Shown in pieces: positions 33,266 to 43,069 of a DNA stretch of 64,000 nucleotides (the first letter of the stretch is position 1; each line of letters starts with the position of its first letter). The stretch is from an uncultured Candidatus Binatia bacterium. Lineage in GTDB: Bacteria; Desulfobacterota; Binatia; Bin18. Where the stretch lies: the NCBI GenBank assembly GCA_965203745.1, contig CBDBDK010000001.1, positions 780,400-844,399 on the forward strand. Reading direction: 5' to 3'. Both the position numbers and the translations under genes were made by a program. The notes beneath the pieces are model-generated. The model saw only the letters and a list, made by a program, of their open reading frames with translations, was not told the DNA's origin and did no database searches.

Positions 33266-35923
33266 CTACCACTCAAAGCCGGCCCGGAAGTAGTAAAACC
33301 CGCCGTTGTAGCCATACGGTGAGGCGACCGGGTACTTCTGGCCGGCATCATACGCATTGCGATGCAGACGTCCGACCTTGGTCGGATAGGTGTCGAGCAG
33401 GTTGTCCGCACCAGCCGCCACCGTCATCCCGAAGGCGAACGTGTACGACGCTTCCAGGTCAAGCAAGGCCCGGGCCTTGGGGCGGAGGGAAGGACTGATA
33501 AAATAATCCTGGTACGGCTCGGTGAACTGATCGTAGTAGTGCAGCCGCAGCAGGCCCCGCCAGGCTCCCCAGGTGTGGTCCGCCATGAGCGAGAAGCGGA
33601 ACTCCGGCTCGATCTCCTCGACCTGGACTTTCCGCACCGAGTTGATGACCTGCGAATTGATCGAATCGAGATTGAGCTTGGTGTCGTTCCAGTTGCCGGC
33701 GAAGGTCAACATGGTCGTACCGTAGCGGTCGCCGAACCACCGCAGGGGATAGGTTGCCACCAAATCAACCCCTTGGGTGTAGGTCTCGAACGCATTGGTA
33801 AAAAAGTTCACCGTGGTCACGCGCGTGGCGACGCCGCGGGCCGCCAGGGCGGCCTTGTCTTCAGCGGTGATGGCCTGGGGGGCGGTCAGTCCAATCCGGT
33901 TTCTGACTTCGATGTTGTAATAGTCCAGGGTGACGGACAGCTCGCCCAGGGTGAGCACCGTGCCGAGGGAAAAGGAAAAGGAGGTCTCGGGCGTAAGCGG
34001 CTTGGCCCCCTTCTGCTGCGCCACCGGGTCACTCGCCGGCAGCGTGGGCTGTTCGATGAGAATGCCGTCGGCATCCAGGCCGAAGGTCGTATCCCGGTAG
34101 ATGGCCTGTCCCACGGTCGGCGCCCGAAAGCCGGTGCCGAACGAACCGCGTAGCGCCAGGTAGTCTTCAAGCAGGTTCCAGCGGGCCGCCAGCTTGCCGT
34201 CCAAAGACTCGCCGACGCCTTCATGATGCTCGAAGCGGCCGGCGGCGGTGAGCAGTACCTGCTCGATAACGTCGGCCTCCAGGTCGAGATACGCGCCAAA
34301 GCTGCCCCGGTTGGCCTCCACGGCATTCTCCGGCCGGATGCCGGGATAGGCCTGACCGCCGATGTCAAACCCCTGGGCCGCGAGGCCGTGCTCCTTCGGC
34401 TGCCCGTCGCACTCTCCCTGGTCGTCAATGCACCAGCCGTTTTTCTCGCCGGCTTCGATCTCGTACTCTTCCTCACGATACTCCAGCCCGAAGGCCACGT
34501 TCAGCGGGGAATAGAACAGGCCGGTATCGAACAGCCGGGAGAGGTCGAGGTTGAAGATCATGTCCCGCTCCTCGTAGGCGCGCCCGAAGTATTCCGTCGG
34601 CATGGCCTCTCTGAGGCGCAGGAGCTGCGGGTTGACGGTATTCCAGATGAAGTATGTCGTGCGGTGCTGTCCGAACACGGCGCTCATGTCGTAGTGCCAG
34701 CCGTCAAAGAGCGCATACCCGCTCCTCACATCGCCGCGGAGCCCAAAGGCGAGGCTCCAGTCTTCGACGTTGCCGCGCATCCGCGGCGTAAACCCGCCCG
34801 GCAAGTCCTGGGCCAACGCGTAGCAGTGCGGGTTGCCGTGCAGCGGGGCCAGCGCGGCCACGCCGTTCTGCGCCAGCTCGCTCGATGGGATGGTCGGACA
34901 GTTGCCGGACCTGCCGTCGGGCGACAGGTCGGCGACCAGCACGTTCCCGCCATCTTCATAGACCCCGCCTATCGAGGCCGGCGACCCATACTGGGCAGTT
35001 GGGGAGCGGAAATACCACGAATCCAGAATCTCGCGTTCGGCCCAGTTGCCGAAGGCGTAGAGGTGATGGTCGCCCAGGTCAAGGCCGAGGTTGCCGAAGA
35101 ACTTGTAATCATACGGCACATCCGGCGCACCCCAGATCATCGCCGGGGATTTGACGGGCAGGCCGGCTGCTCTCAGCGATTTCTCCGAGTCGAGCGCATA
35201 GCTGCGGTCGGTCGAGTCCGAGTTGGTGAACTCGAAGCTGAAGTTGGCAAAGCCGGCGTCGGTCAGCGGCAGGCCGATGTTGGCCGCCGTGCTCACCATG
35301 TCGCCGTCGCCCTGATAATACTGGCCCCAGCGGGCTTCGACCGTCCCGCCCTCGGGCGCGTCGCGCAGCACGAAATTCATCACCCCGGCCACCGCGTCGG
35401 AGCCGTACTGGGCACCCGCGCCGTCGCGCAGCACTTCAACGCGTTTGAGAGCAATGGACGGGATCGAGCGAATGTCGGCGCCGTGCGCCCCCTGCGCCTG
35501 CCCAAAGGTGAAGATGCTGATGGCGGACGAGCGGTGGCGGCGTTTGCCGTTGACCAGCACCAGGGTCGAGTCCGGCGGCAGGCCGCGCAGCTTGGCCGGG
35601 CGGACCAGCGCGTTGGCGTCACCGATGGAGTGCTGGGTGACATTATAGGACGGAACAGTCGCGGCCAGCAGGTTGTTCAGGTCGCGGACGCCATAATTCC
35701 TGAAGTTGTCGCCGTCAATGACGTCCACCGGCACCGGCGAGTCTTCGGCCGAGCGGCCGGGCGAGCGAGAGCCGACCACTTGGAATACATCCAACTCCAG
35801 GAGTTGCTGTTCCTGCTCAGCCTCTGGCGCGTCAGCCTGCTCCGCGTCTTGTGCCGTGGCCAGCGGGGTGCTCATCAAGACCAAGAGCGACACCAGGAAA
35901 CCACATTGTCCCAATTTCTTCAT
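33266..35923 (-). CDS. TonB-dependent receptor
   Basis: 885 aa. Signal peptide ending ..ATAQD, plug region (DVIDGDNFRNYGVRDLNNLL), C-terminal ..YYFRAGFEW. Confidence 0.92.
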   Translation of the reverse strand: MKKLGQCGFLVSLLVLMSTPLATAQDAEQADAPEAEQEQQLLELDVFQVVGSRSPGRSAEDSPVPVDVIDGDNFRNYGVRDLNNLLAATVPSYNVTQHSIGDANALVRPAKLRGLPPDSTLVLVNGKRRHRSSAISIFTFGQAQGAHGADIRSIPSIALKRVEVLRDGAGAQYGSDAVAGVMNFVLRDAPEGGTVEARWGQYYQGDGDMVSTAANIGLPLTDAGFANFSFEFTNSDSTDRSYALDSEKSLRAAGLPVKSPAMIWGAPDVPYDYKFFGNLGLDLGDHHLYAFGNWAEREILDSWYFRSPTAQYGSPASIGGVYEDGGNVLVADLSPDGRSGNCPTIPSSELAQNGVAALAPLHGNPHCYALAQDLPGGFTPRMRGNVEDWSLAFGLRGDVRSGYALFDGWHYDMSAVFGQHRTTYFIWNTVNPQLLRLREAMPTEYFGRAYEERDMIFNLDLSRLFDTGLFYSPLNVAFGLEYREEEYEIEAGEKNGWCIDDQGECDGQPKEHGLAAQGFDIGGQAYPGIRPENAVEANRGSFGAYLDLEADVIEQVLLTAAGRFEHHEGVGESLDGKLAARWNLLEDYLALRGSFGTGFRAPTVGQAIYRDTTFGLDADGILIEQPTLPASDPVAQQKGAKPLTPETSFSFSLGTVLTLGELSVTLDYYNIEVRNRIGLTAPQAITAEDKAALAARGVATRVTTVNFFTNAFETYTQGVDLVATYPLRWFGDRYGTTMLTFAGNWNDTKLNLDSINSQVINSVRKVQVEEIEPEFRFSLMADHTWGAWRGLLRLHYYDQFTEPYQDYFISPSLRPKARALLDLEASYTFAFGMTVAAGADNLLDTYPTKVGRLHRNAYDAGQKYPVASPYGYNGGFYYFRAGFEW

Positions 35924-35963
35924 ACCAGTCCTTCCTCTCCTGTCGGGTGTTCCGATACCCCCA

Positions 35964-38300
35964 TCAGACGCCTGTAAAATGATAGGTCAATTCCAGGCCG
36001 TAGACGCGGCCTTTTGACAACGGCGAGAAGCCACCGACACCGTTGCGGGGATTGCGGGAAACAAAGTTGATACCGTGGCCGACCTCATCCAGCAGGTTCT
36101 TGCCGTACAGGCCGACCACCCACTGGCTGTTGTTCATGTGCAGGTTCAGACCGGCCTCCACCTTCTTGATCTGTCGGTTGTACAGTGAGTTGTTGTCCTG
36201 AGAATATTCTCTGTCCCGGTAGGCGTACTGGATACGCGAGTCGAGCCGGTAGCGGGAGCCGAGAGGCAAACTGTGACGCACCCCCAGGCTGTACGTCCAG
36301 ACCGGGGCGCGGATCAGGTCGAGGTCCTTATCTTTGTCGTCCGTAATCCCGTCACCACTAATGTCATACCAGATGTCAGTATAGTGCGCGTCCAGGAAAC
36401 CCATTGCGCCCTGGAGAACGAGCGTATCCACCAGTACGTAGGAACCGTCCAGTTCGACGCCGAATATCTCGGCATCAGCGGTATTGGCAATGTCTTGCAC
36501 CGTGCCGCTCGGACCACCGGGGATCAACACATCGCGCTGCATGTCTTTGATGATATTGAAGAAGACCGCGCCGTTGAGCCGCGCGCGGGCGCCGAGCGTC
36601 GTCTTGAACCCCACCTCGAAATTATCGACCTGCTCTGCATCGGACGGGCCTTCCTGGTCCGCAGACCGGATGCCCGTAATGCGGACATTGTAGTTGCCGG
36701 ACCGGAAGCCGCGCGTCCAGTGCCAGTACAGCATGATCTGGTCAACCGGTCGCAGGGTCAGGCCGATCTTGGGCGAGAGCGTGTTCCAGCTTGCATCGTC
36801 CGAGGAGTCGATCGGGCAGCGGGGACCGCGCAGCATATGGCAGCCGGGGTTGTCCGAGTCATTGATGACCTGGTTATTTGGCAAATACGCGAGAGCGGCT
36901 TCCTTTTCCTCGTGGGTGTAACGCAGTCCGCCGGTCAGGGTCAGCCAGTCGGTCAGGTCATAGTCCAGGTTCAGAAACAACCCCACCGTATCCACGTCGT
37001 AATAGCCACCGCCGAATTGATGAATGAGCGGACCGTTTGCAAACCCCAGTTGTCGCATTTCAAAGTAATCGAGAGCGTTGGTGAAATAGTAGGTACCGGT
37101 GGTCATTTGTAAACGGTTGAAAAACCTCCCAACGTAACGCAACTCGTTGCTGAACTGCTCCGCTTTCAGATCAACCCCGCCATGGAATTGGCTGAGGGGG
37201 TGTACGGAGTTCTCCGGCTGCCCGTCAGCATCGATAATAGAGTCGCCCCGCGTGTTGCGCCAGGCGAAGATATCGGTAATTGTTCCGTTCCCGAATGCCA
37301 CCTCCCAGTCCGCCCGGGCGTTGAAGAAATGCGTCTCGGCGTCGTGATGGCCATCTTCGTCAACATAAAATTTGTGGCTTCGGCGGTCGTAGTAATCGAC
37401 ATTCTGGGCCGCCGGTCCGTCGGATTCAATGTGCTGGTATTCATAGCGCAGCGTCAGGTCAAAATTCTCGGTGGGCCGCCAACTGAAGACCGGCCGCAGC
37501 ATCAGCGCATCCTGAGCACCAAAGGCCCTGCCGTCGCGCTGGTTTTTAAACCAGCCCTGGTCCTGTTTGGAATGCACCGTAAGGCGGGCCGCCAGGGTAT
37601 TGGTCAGCGGAGCATTCAGGGTGGCCGAGTTGAAGAAATTGGGGGCTTTGCCGCCGCCTTCGACCGCGCTGCGGAGCGTGGCTTCAAACTGGTCGGTCGG
37701 GGTTCTGGTATTGAGCAAGACCGCGCCGCCGACCACGTTGCGGCCGAACAGCACGCCCTGCGGCCCGCGCAAGACCTCAATGCTCTCCAGGTCAAACGTG
37801 TCGTACAGCAGCAGTGTGTTCGTCCCCATGTAGACGCCATCGATGAACATGCCAACCGTCGGGTCAAGGGACGGAATGGAACTGTTGATGCCCATGCCGC
37901 GGATCGAAAAATTCGCGGTCCCCGGCAAGCTGCCGCTGTCATCAAGGCCCACGTTGGGGATACCGATGGTCAGGTCTTGCAGGTCGCGGAGTTTCGTGGC
38001 TTCCAACTGCTCGGCGTCGAAGGCCATCATCGACATAGGCACGTCCTGTATGCGCTGCTCGCGTTTCTGGGCAGTGACGACAACATCTTCCAGCAGCGTG
38101 GCAGCTTCAGGCGCGGTGTTTTCAGAGACGGGCTCCCCCTGATCCGCAGGGCCGGAATCCTGGGCAATAGCCGGCGCGGCCACAACCCCGAGGAGCAGAA
38201 CCATGCCGAGCGCGAGCCGGTGCAGGCTGGTTCGCGCTGAAGCGATGAGACCCTCCGAGTGTTTCAGTTGATATTCAGCCACTCCGTCAATGAGGGACAT
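35964..38300 (-). CDS. TonB-dependent receptor
   Basis: 778 aa. VVVTAQKREQRIQDVPMSM plug start and beta-barrel repeats. The true start may be downstream of 38300. Confidence 0.9.
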   Translation of the reverse strand: MSLIDGVAEYQLKHSEGLIASARTSLHRLALGMVLLLGVVAAPAIAQDSGPADQGEPVSENTAPEAATLLEDVVVTAQKREQRIQDVPMSMMAFDAEQLEATKLRDLQDLTIGIPNVGLDDSGSLPGTANFSIRGMGINSSIPSLDPTVGMFIDGVYMGTNTLLLYDTFDLESIEVLRGPQGVLFGRNVVGGAVLLNTRTPTDQFEATLRSAVEGGGKAPNFFNSATLNAPLTNTLAARLTVHSKQDQGWFKNQRDGRAFGAQDALMLRPVFSWRPTENFDLTLRYEYQHIESDGPAAQNVDYYDRRSHKFYVDEDGHHDAETHFFNARADWEVAFGNGTITDIFAWRNTRGDSIIDADGQPENSVHPLSQFHGGVDLKAEQFSNELRYVGRFFNRLQMTTGTYYFTNALDYFEMRQLGFANGPLIHQFGGGYYDVDTVGLFLNLDYDLTDWLTLTGGLRYTHEEKEAALAYLPNNQVINDSDNPGCHMLRGPRCPIDSSDDASWNTLSPKIGLTLRPVDQIMLYWHWTRGFRSGNYNVRITGIRSADQEGPSDAEQVDNFEVGFKTTLGARARLNGAVFFNIIKDMQRDVLIPGGPSGTVQDIANTADAEIFGVELDGSYVLVDTLVLQGAMGFLDAHYTDIWYDISGDGITDDKDKDLDLIRAPVWTYSLGVRHSLPLGSRYRLDSRIQYAYRDREYSQDNNSLYNRQIKKVEAGLNLHMNNSQWVVGLYGKNLLDEVGHGINFVSRNPRNGVGGFSPLSKGRVYGLELTYHFTGV

Positions 38301-38502
38301 GCTTCCTCCATCCTCCTCCGCGTGAACATCCGAGAGATTCGAGAGAAAAGCTCCCGACGCGCAAGATAAGAATCGACCTGCTCTAAGAGTTCGTTGTCAA
38401 CTTCCGTCGTTCGCCTGCCGGTTGTTGGGTCGGCCTTGCAGCGGGTGCCGCCCTCCTCGCGCTGCTCCTTAAGGAGGCGAGAGCGGCGCGACACCACCGC
38501 GT

Positions 38503-38530
38503 GTAGGGGCGACCGGCCGGTCGCCCCTAC
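38503..38530. repeat. Palindromic hairpin GTAGGGGCGACCGGCCGGTCGCCCCTAC
   Basis: Identical to 32324-32351. It overlaps the stop codon of the 38527-40110 gene. The 3' flank CTCCTTAAGGAGGCGAGAGCGGCGCG..CACCGCGT is also conserved. Confidence 0.9.
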
Positions 38531-40110
38531 TGCACCTCCGTAATGACGAAGTTCTGACTCTCTTGCTGCCACTCCAACCGGGTACGCTGCCCCAGCATCG
38601 GAAAGTCCTCCGCCACACATTCCCCCTCAACCCCCCGCAGAAACTCTTCCTCTGCCCCTTCCCCCACCGTCGTCACCCGCACCGTCGCCCGGCCCAGTTC
38701 CATCCCATCGACCAGGGCGGTGACCATGTGTTCCCCCGCGCCCAACCGGTTCCAGTTGAACAACAACACAAAGCCATTATCCGTGTCCCCACAGATATCC
38801 TGCGTATCCAGCCGCTCCATGCCATACATCGCTGTGTACGGTTCGACCTCCCCCTGCGCGGTCTTAATCTCTATTTCCACCATTTCCGCGTCGCACACCC
38901 AGCCCCACAGCGCCCGCACCCCACTCTGAAACGAGTTTGGCCCCGGATTCTCCAGCACCCCCCTCAGCCCCACATCTGCTGAGGTCAGATAAAACCCCGA
39001 ATTGATGATGAAGTCGATTGTGTATGTGGTTCCGTCCGGCCTCGGGAAGTGGGCGGTGAACACGCGGGCGTAGCCCACCTTGGGGATGTCGGCGCTGTCG
39101 GTATCGTCGGCGGGGTTGTCAAAGTGATACTCCCAGAAGTCACCTTCCGGGCCACTTTCCGCGGCGGCGATGAGCTGATCCACGATGAGTTCGCCGGTCA
39201 CGGCGTCACGGGAAATTCCTCCGCGGCGCAGCTCGAACCGGTCCGGAAACCCGCCATGAAACACGATCAGCTTGCTGGTACGTTCCATGATGGCGACGTA
39301 CACGGGGCCGTGTCGCCACGGCCCGGTCGGATCTCGTAGGGCGACTCTGGCTTTCGAGGTAGCGGCCGGATCGCCGGACTCCAGGAGTGATACGAAGTAC
39401 TCCCCCGCGGCCGTGACGAAGTCCTTCAAGGTGGGCCGATCCACCACGTCCCTGGCGGTAATGGCCGGTTCGACGTGCGCGATGTCTTCTTCGGCCAGGT
39501 GCGATCTGTCGAGATCGAATCCGGCGAGCAGCACGAAGGGTTGCCGCAAAACCGTGAGATATGTGGTGGCATAGCCGGACGCGCCCGGGATACCGGGCAC
39601 GTTGAACGGGCCGCCATCCCCGGTGGCGGCATCCTCGAAGGCGGCTTGGGCCGCCGCCGGGTCGGTCGGGTCGATGCCCACTGCTTCAAGGATCGCTCCA
39701 TAAATCACGGGGGTGAGCAGCCGGCCGGACAAGGCCATGTCCTTGGCGTGAATGAACACCCGGCCGTCGGGCGTCAACTGTACGAGGTAGGTGGACCCGG
39801 AACGCCAGGGACTGCCCTCCTGCCTGAGGAGACATCTCAGGTATACCGTCTGCGCTGCGGTCGTGGTTCTCTGGGCCTCGCTCACAAATTGGTCGCGCGC
39901 GGCCAGCGCGAAGTCCATCAGGCTGGCGCTGCCGTTTTCCACCTGTTGCGCCGTCACGGGTGGGTCTGCGGGCGGCGTCACGCCGGCCGGCAGTGGACAA
40001 TCGAGCGGCGTCTGCGCCAAGGCCGGGCGTACATCGGAAAAGACGCCGGCCAGCACCAGCAGGCCGCTCAGCATCAGCGTTGTCGGGGTCAGCCAGGGTC
40101 CAGTTTGCAT
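38527..40110 (-). CDS. Secreted protein: duplicated Cache-like N-terminal region plus C-terminal domain X
   Basis: 527 aa with a signal peptide. Internal duplication (GSPWRSGSTYLVQLTPDGRVFIH versus TGPWRHGPVYVAIMERTSKLIVFH), plus FWEYHFDNP..KVGYARVF. The C-terminal ~150 aa are homologous to 32348-32848. The Cache assignment is tentative. Confidence 0.6.
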   Translation of the reverse strand: MQTGPWLTPTTLMLSGLLVLAGVFSDVRPALAQTPLDCPLPAGVTPPADPPVTAQQVENGSASLMDFALAARDQFVSEAQRTTTAAQTVYLRCLLRQEGSPWRSGSTYLVQLTPDGRVFIHAKDMALSGRLLTPVIYGAILEAVGIDPTDPAAAQAAFEDAATGDGGPFNVPGIPGASGYATTYLTVLRQPFVLLAGFDLDRSHLAEEDIAHVEPAITARDVVDRPTLKDFVTAAGEYFVSLLESGDPAATSKARVALRDPTGPWRHGPVYVAIMERTSKLIVFHGGFPDRFELRRGGISRDAVTGELIVDQLIAAAESGPEGDFWEYHFDNPADDTDSADIPKVGYARVFTAHFPRPDGTTYTIDFIINSGFYLTSADVGLRGVLENPGPNSFQSGVRALWGWVCDAEMVEIEIKTAQGEVEPYTAMYGMERLDTQDICGDTDNGFVLLFNWNRLGAGEHMVTALVDGMELGRATVRVTTVGEGAEEEFLRGVEGECVAEDFPMLGQRTRLEWQQESQNFVITEVQ

Positions 40111-40526
40111 CTTCGGGTTCTCCTCTACTCACAGACTGCCGGAGGCAGGTTCGGGGTTTCCCGCTCGCCGTCTCGTGGGCGAGCAGATTAAGGGAGCCCA
40201 GAATAGAGCCTAACCCGTCCTACCCAGAGACGGCGCGGTTGTCCCTAGTCAAATGATAGGATTGAGGCGTTTTTTTGGGGGGGGAGCGAGACGCCCGCCC
40301 GCGTCCCTCCTGGGACGGGTGCTGCATATTGTGTCGATTGTCCCCTCCGGGCCGTCCGCGCGCGCCCTCACCCGGCCCTGCGGGCCCCCGCTCCCTCTGG
40401 GCTCACGGCCCAACAGTTTGACGGAAGCGAGGGCCGGGGCCTGTCCCATCCCCTCTTGGGAGCTCAGAGGGGGAGGTAAACGGGCGGGGCGGTAGGCAAG
40501 CGCACGGGCTCGCGGCATCATTCGGA

Positions 40527-41735
40527 GTGCGGAAACTCGAAGGATGTCGGAGGAGGTCCATGCGCTTGCCCCGGGAATGTTATCAGATGGAAGAGCAGCT
40601 TGCCCAGTATTTGCCGGTCTTACGGCCGGCCCAGCGGCGGGGGTTAGCCCTGTGGGTGTATGGGACCGTGTTAGCCCAGAGTGCGTGTCAGAACGCGGTG
40701 GTGAGTGCGTTATTGGCGGTTGGCGGCTTTCACACGGTCCGGCAATATCTGCGGGAATGGTTGTACGATGGGGCGGATAAAGCGGCGCCGTGTCAGGCGC
40801 AAGTGGAGGTGGGGCACTGTTTCGGGCCGTTGCTGGGCTGGGTCTTAGCTTGGTGGCAAGGGCGGGAGTTAGCCTTGGCCGTCGATGCGACCTTACACGG
40901 GCAGCGGGTGGCGGCGTTAGTGGTCAGCGTCTTGTATCGCGGGAGTGCCATCCCGGTGGCGTGGCATATTCTGCGGGCCAATCGGCCAGGGGCGTGGCTG
41001 CGCCCCCTCGGGCGCTTGCTGCGCCAGTTGCGCCCGGCCATTCCCAAGGAGATGCAGGTGGTGGTGTTCGCGGACCGGGGGCTGTGGAGCCCCCGGCTGT
41101 GGCGGACGATTCGGGCCGGGGGCTGGCATCCGGTGATGCGGGTGCGCCAAGCGAGTGCCTTCCAGCCCTTTGGCGGCCCGCGCCAGCCAGCCGCCACCTT
41201 GGTCCGGGCCCCGGGGGAAGGCTGGGTCGGGCGCGGGGTGCTGTTTCGGGAGCGCCAGCGCCAACGGGTGGGCACACTCGTGGTGGTCTGGGGCGTGGGG
41301 CAACAGGAGCCGTGGGTGGTCATCACCGATCTCGCCCCGGCCCAGGTGGGGCTGTGTTGGTACGGCTTACGGATGTGGATTGAATGCGGCTTCCGCGCCC
41401 TCAAAGGCGTGGGCTGGCAATGGCAGCACACCCGCCGGACCGACCCCGCGCGCGTGGCGCGCCACTGGTTAGTGTTGGCGGTCGCCACCTTGTGGGTGGT
41501 GGCCTATGGCACCCGCAGTGAGGACGCCCAGACGCAGGGGGTGCCGCCCGCCCGCTTACGGACGCCGCGGGACCCGCCGCCGCCCGGCCGCCGCCCCCTC
41601 AGTGTCTTCCGCCAAGGGCTGGTGTGGTTCGCCCGCCAACTCCTCCAGGGCCGGTTGTGGCGCAGCTTGTGGCTCCTGCCGGAACCCTGGCCGCAGCCGC
41701 CCCCCCAACTCCAGGTCACCTATGGCCCCCCATGA
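40527..41735 (+). CDS. IS4-family DDE transposase
   Basis: Candidate DDE residues in LAVDAT, VFADRG and WIECGF. YGLRMWIECGFRALK fits the Y(2)R(3)E(6)K signature. Start uncertain (40527, 40560 or 40587). Confidence 0.85.
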   Translation: MRKLEGCRRRSMRLPRECYQMEEQLAQYLPVLRPAQRRGLALWVYGTVLAQSACQNAVVSALLAVGGFHTVRQYLREWLYDGADKAAPCQAQVEVGHCFGPLLGWVLAWWQGRELALAVDATLHGQRVAALVVSVLYRGSAIPVAWHILRANRPGAWLRPLGRLLRQLRPAIPKEMQVVVFADRGLWSPRLWRTIRAGGWHPVMRVRQASAFQPFGGPRQPAATLVRAPGEGWVGRGVLFRERQRQRVGTLVVVWGVGQQEPWVVITDLAPAQVGLCWYGLRMWIECGFRALKGVGWQWQHTRRTDPARVARHWLVLAVATLWVVAYGTRSEDAQTQGVPPARLRTPRDPPPPGRRPLSVFRQGLVWFARQLLQGRLWRSLWLLPEPWPQPPPQLQVTYGPP

Positions 41736-41760
41736 CGTGGCCTTTACCTACCCTTGTCAG

Positions 41761-41861
41761 CTCTTGGGAGGGGTGGCCGCAGGCCGGGGTGGGTTTCCTC
41801 AGGCCCGGCCCCGTCGAAGAACCCACCCCGCCGCTTTGCGGCACCCCTCCAAGGAGGGGAT
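41761..41861. repeat. REP family A dimer lodged inside the IS, just after the transposase stop
   Basis: CTCTTGGGAGGGGTGGCCGCAGGCCGGGGTGGGTT, a spacer, then AACCCACCCCGCCGCTTTGCGGCACCCCTCCAAGGAGGGGAT. Absent from the MITE copy at 45015-45700. Confidence 0.85.
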
Positions 41862-42332
41862 GTGCTTCGGACCTGCTGACAAACTCCTGCTTTTATTCAG
41901 GTTTTTCACGGGAACGCCCCAGGTTCCTTGCTGAGGTCGGTCCGGCAAGGAACCTGGGGCGCTGAGGAAAATGCCTCCCAGGACTCAAGAGGGCTTGTCC
42001 GCTGGGTCCCGGTGGCGGGCCTTTTGTGGTGGTGCGCGAACCTGCGTCCGCCGGCGGGTCGGGCTAGACCGGGTGCAGGTAGCGGGCCGGGCGAGGGCGG
42101 GCCGGGCGGGCCTGCTGCCGGGTGGGACAGCAGAGCCCCCTGCGGCGTGCCCAGGCAAAGCCGGACGCGCCTTGTCCGGGAGAGAAAACGCCCCAGCCGG
42201 AGAAGGGTCCCGCAAAAAGACGACAAAATATGATCCCACCTAATCATTTGATTAGGTGGAGACGTTTTTTCTGATGGAACGAGGCGCGCCCGCCCTCCTT
42301 AAGGAGGCGAGAGCGGCGCTACCCAACCGCGA

Positions 42333-42360
42333 GTAGGGGCGACCGGCCGGTCGCCCCTAC
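42333..42360. repeat. Palindromic hairpin GTAGGGGCGACCGGCCGGTCGCCCCTAC (orphan copy, no domain-X gene attached)
   Basis: Identical palindrome, with the conserved flank CTCCTTAAGGAGGCGAGAGCGGCG upstream. Confidence 0.9.
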
Positions 42361-42373
42361 TTTTTTGGTCAGC

Positions 42374-42570
42374 CTAGAGCAAATAACGATGCTATGTAGT
42401 CGCCCGTCATTCCTGCGCAAGAACGTCACCCCTGTGAAAACAGGGGCAGGAAGCCAGGTCCCCAGCCTCCCGACCTCTGGAGGCCTGATCAAAGCCTGCC
42501 CCGGACATGATCCGGGGTCCGGCATGACGAGCGCGTACTGGTACGGCTACAACGTATCGTGAAACGCGCT
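42374..42570 (+). repeat. MITE-like repeat family B, long copy
   Basis: Same termini as 14802-14949 (CTAGAGCAAATAACGATG and GGCTACAACGTATCGTGAAACGCGCT), with about 50 extra internal bp. Confidence 0.8.
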
Positions 42571-42736
42571 CGTGTCTGCACCAGGACGCCCGCGATATGC
42601 CCTCAGCCTCCCACGGTCGGGTCTGTGCATTGCTTCCTTGGTAGCAGGTGGCTCCGCTCTGCTTGCCACGGCCCGACTGCACGCGCAGGCATCCTCGTGT
42701 CCGTCTCGCACGAAGCGTGGGCACCGGCGAAGCGGC

Positions 42737-43069
42737 CTACGTGATGATGGTGGCGAGGCGGGCAAGCACCTCATCCATGAGAGGCTCCGGGACGGTTTCG
42801 AGGTGTTTCCCATGCCGGGCAGCGAGGTCGAGGACGCGCGGCTGGTCGCAGCGAATCACTCCCCTCGTGCGGGTGCCCGCGTCTTCGAGGGACACCGCGA
42901 AACCTCGCCGGCGCGCGAAGCTCCCGCCGGTGGTGATGGGCAGGACCAGCGGCGTCCCGGTCAAGTCGTTGAACGCGGCAGGGGACACGATCACGACCGG
43001 CCGGGTCCCCTGTTGTTCATGGCCGGCAGTGGGATCGAGGCTGACGAGCCAGATGTCGCCCCGCTGCAT
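42737..43069 (-). CDS. mazF: MazF/PemK-family endoribonuclease toxin
   Basis: MQRGDIWLVSLDPTAGHEQQGTRPVVIVSPAAFN..PLVLPITT. Confidence 0.9.
   Translation of the reverse strand: MQRGDIWLVSLDPTAGHEQQGTRPVVIVSPAAFNDLTGTPLVLPITTGGSFARRRGFAVSLEDAGTRTRGVIRCDQPRVLDLAARHGKHLETVPEPLMDEVLARLATIIT

Larger units (their letters stand above)
40239..42256 (+). mobile_element. IS4-superfamily insertion sequence (autonomous copy, right terminus diverged)
   Basis: Left end TTGTCCCTAGTCAAATGATAGGATTGAGGCG. Right end ..CCTAATCATTTGATTAGG. Both interior flanks are homologous to the MITE at 45015-45700. Confidence 0.8.

Noticed and set aside
34223-38240. 584-aa and 352-aa plus-strand ORFs opposite the two TonB-dependent receptor genes
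   Set aside because: Antisense shadow ORFs. The receptor frames carry signal peptides, plug motifs and C-terminal aromatic residues.
38301-38502. Possible riboswitch or Fur box in the leader of the TonB-dependent receptor gene
   Set aside because: I looked for a cobalamin B12-box-like core and for a Fur-type AT-rich palindrome and saw neither. A covariance-model scan could still find something.
40790-41934. Multiple 100-230-aa ORFs in other frames and on the other strand of the IS4-type transposase
   Set aside because: Overlapping shadow ORFs. Only the 40527-41735 frame has DDE and Y(2)R(3)E(6)K features.
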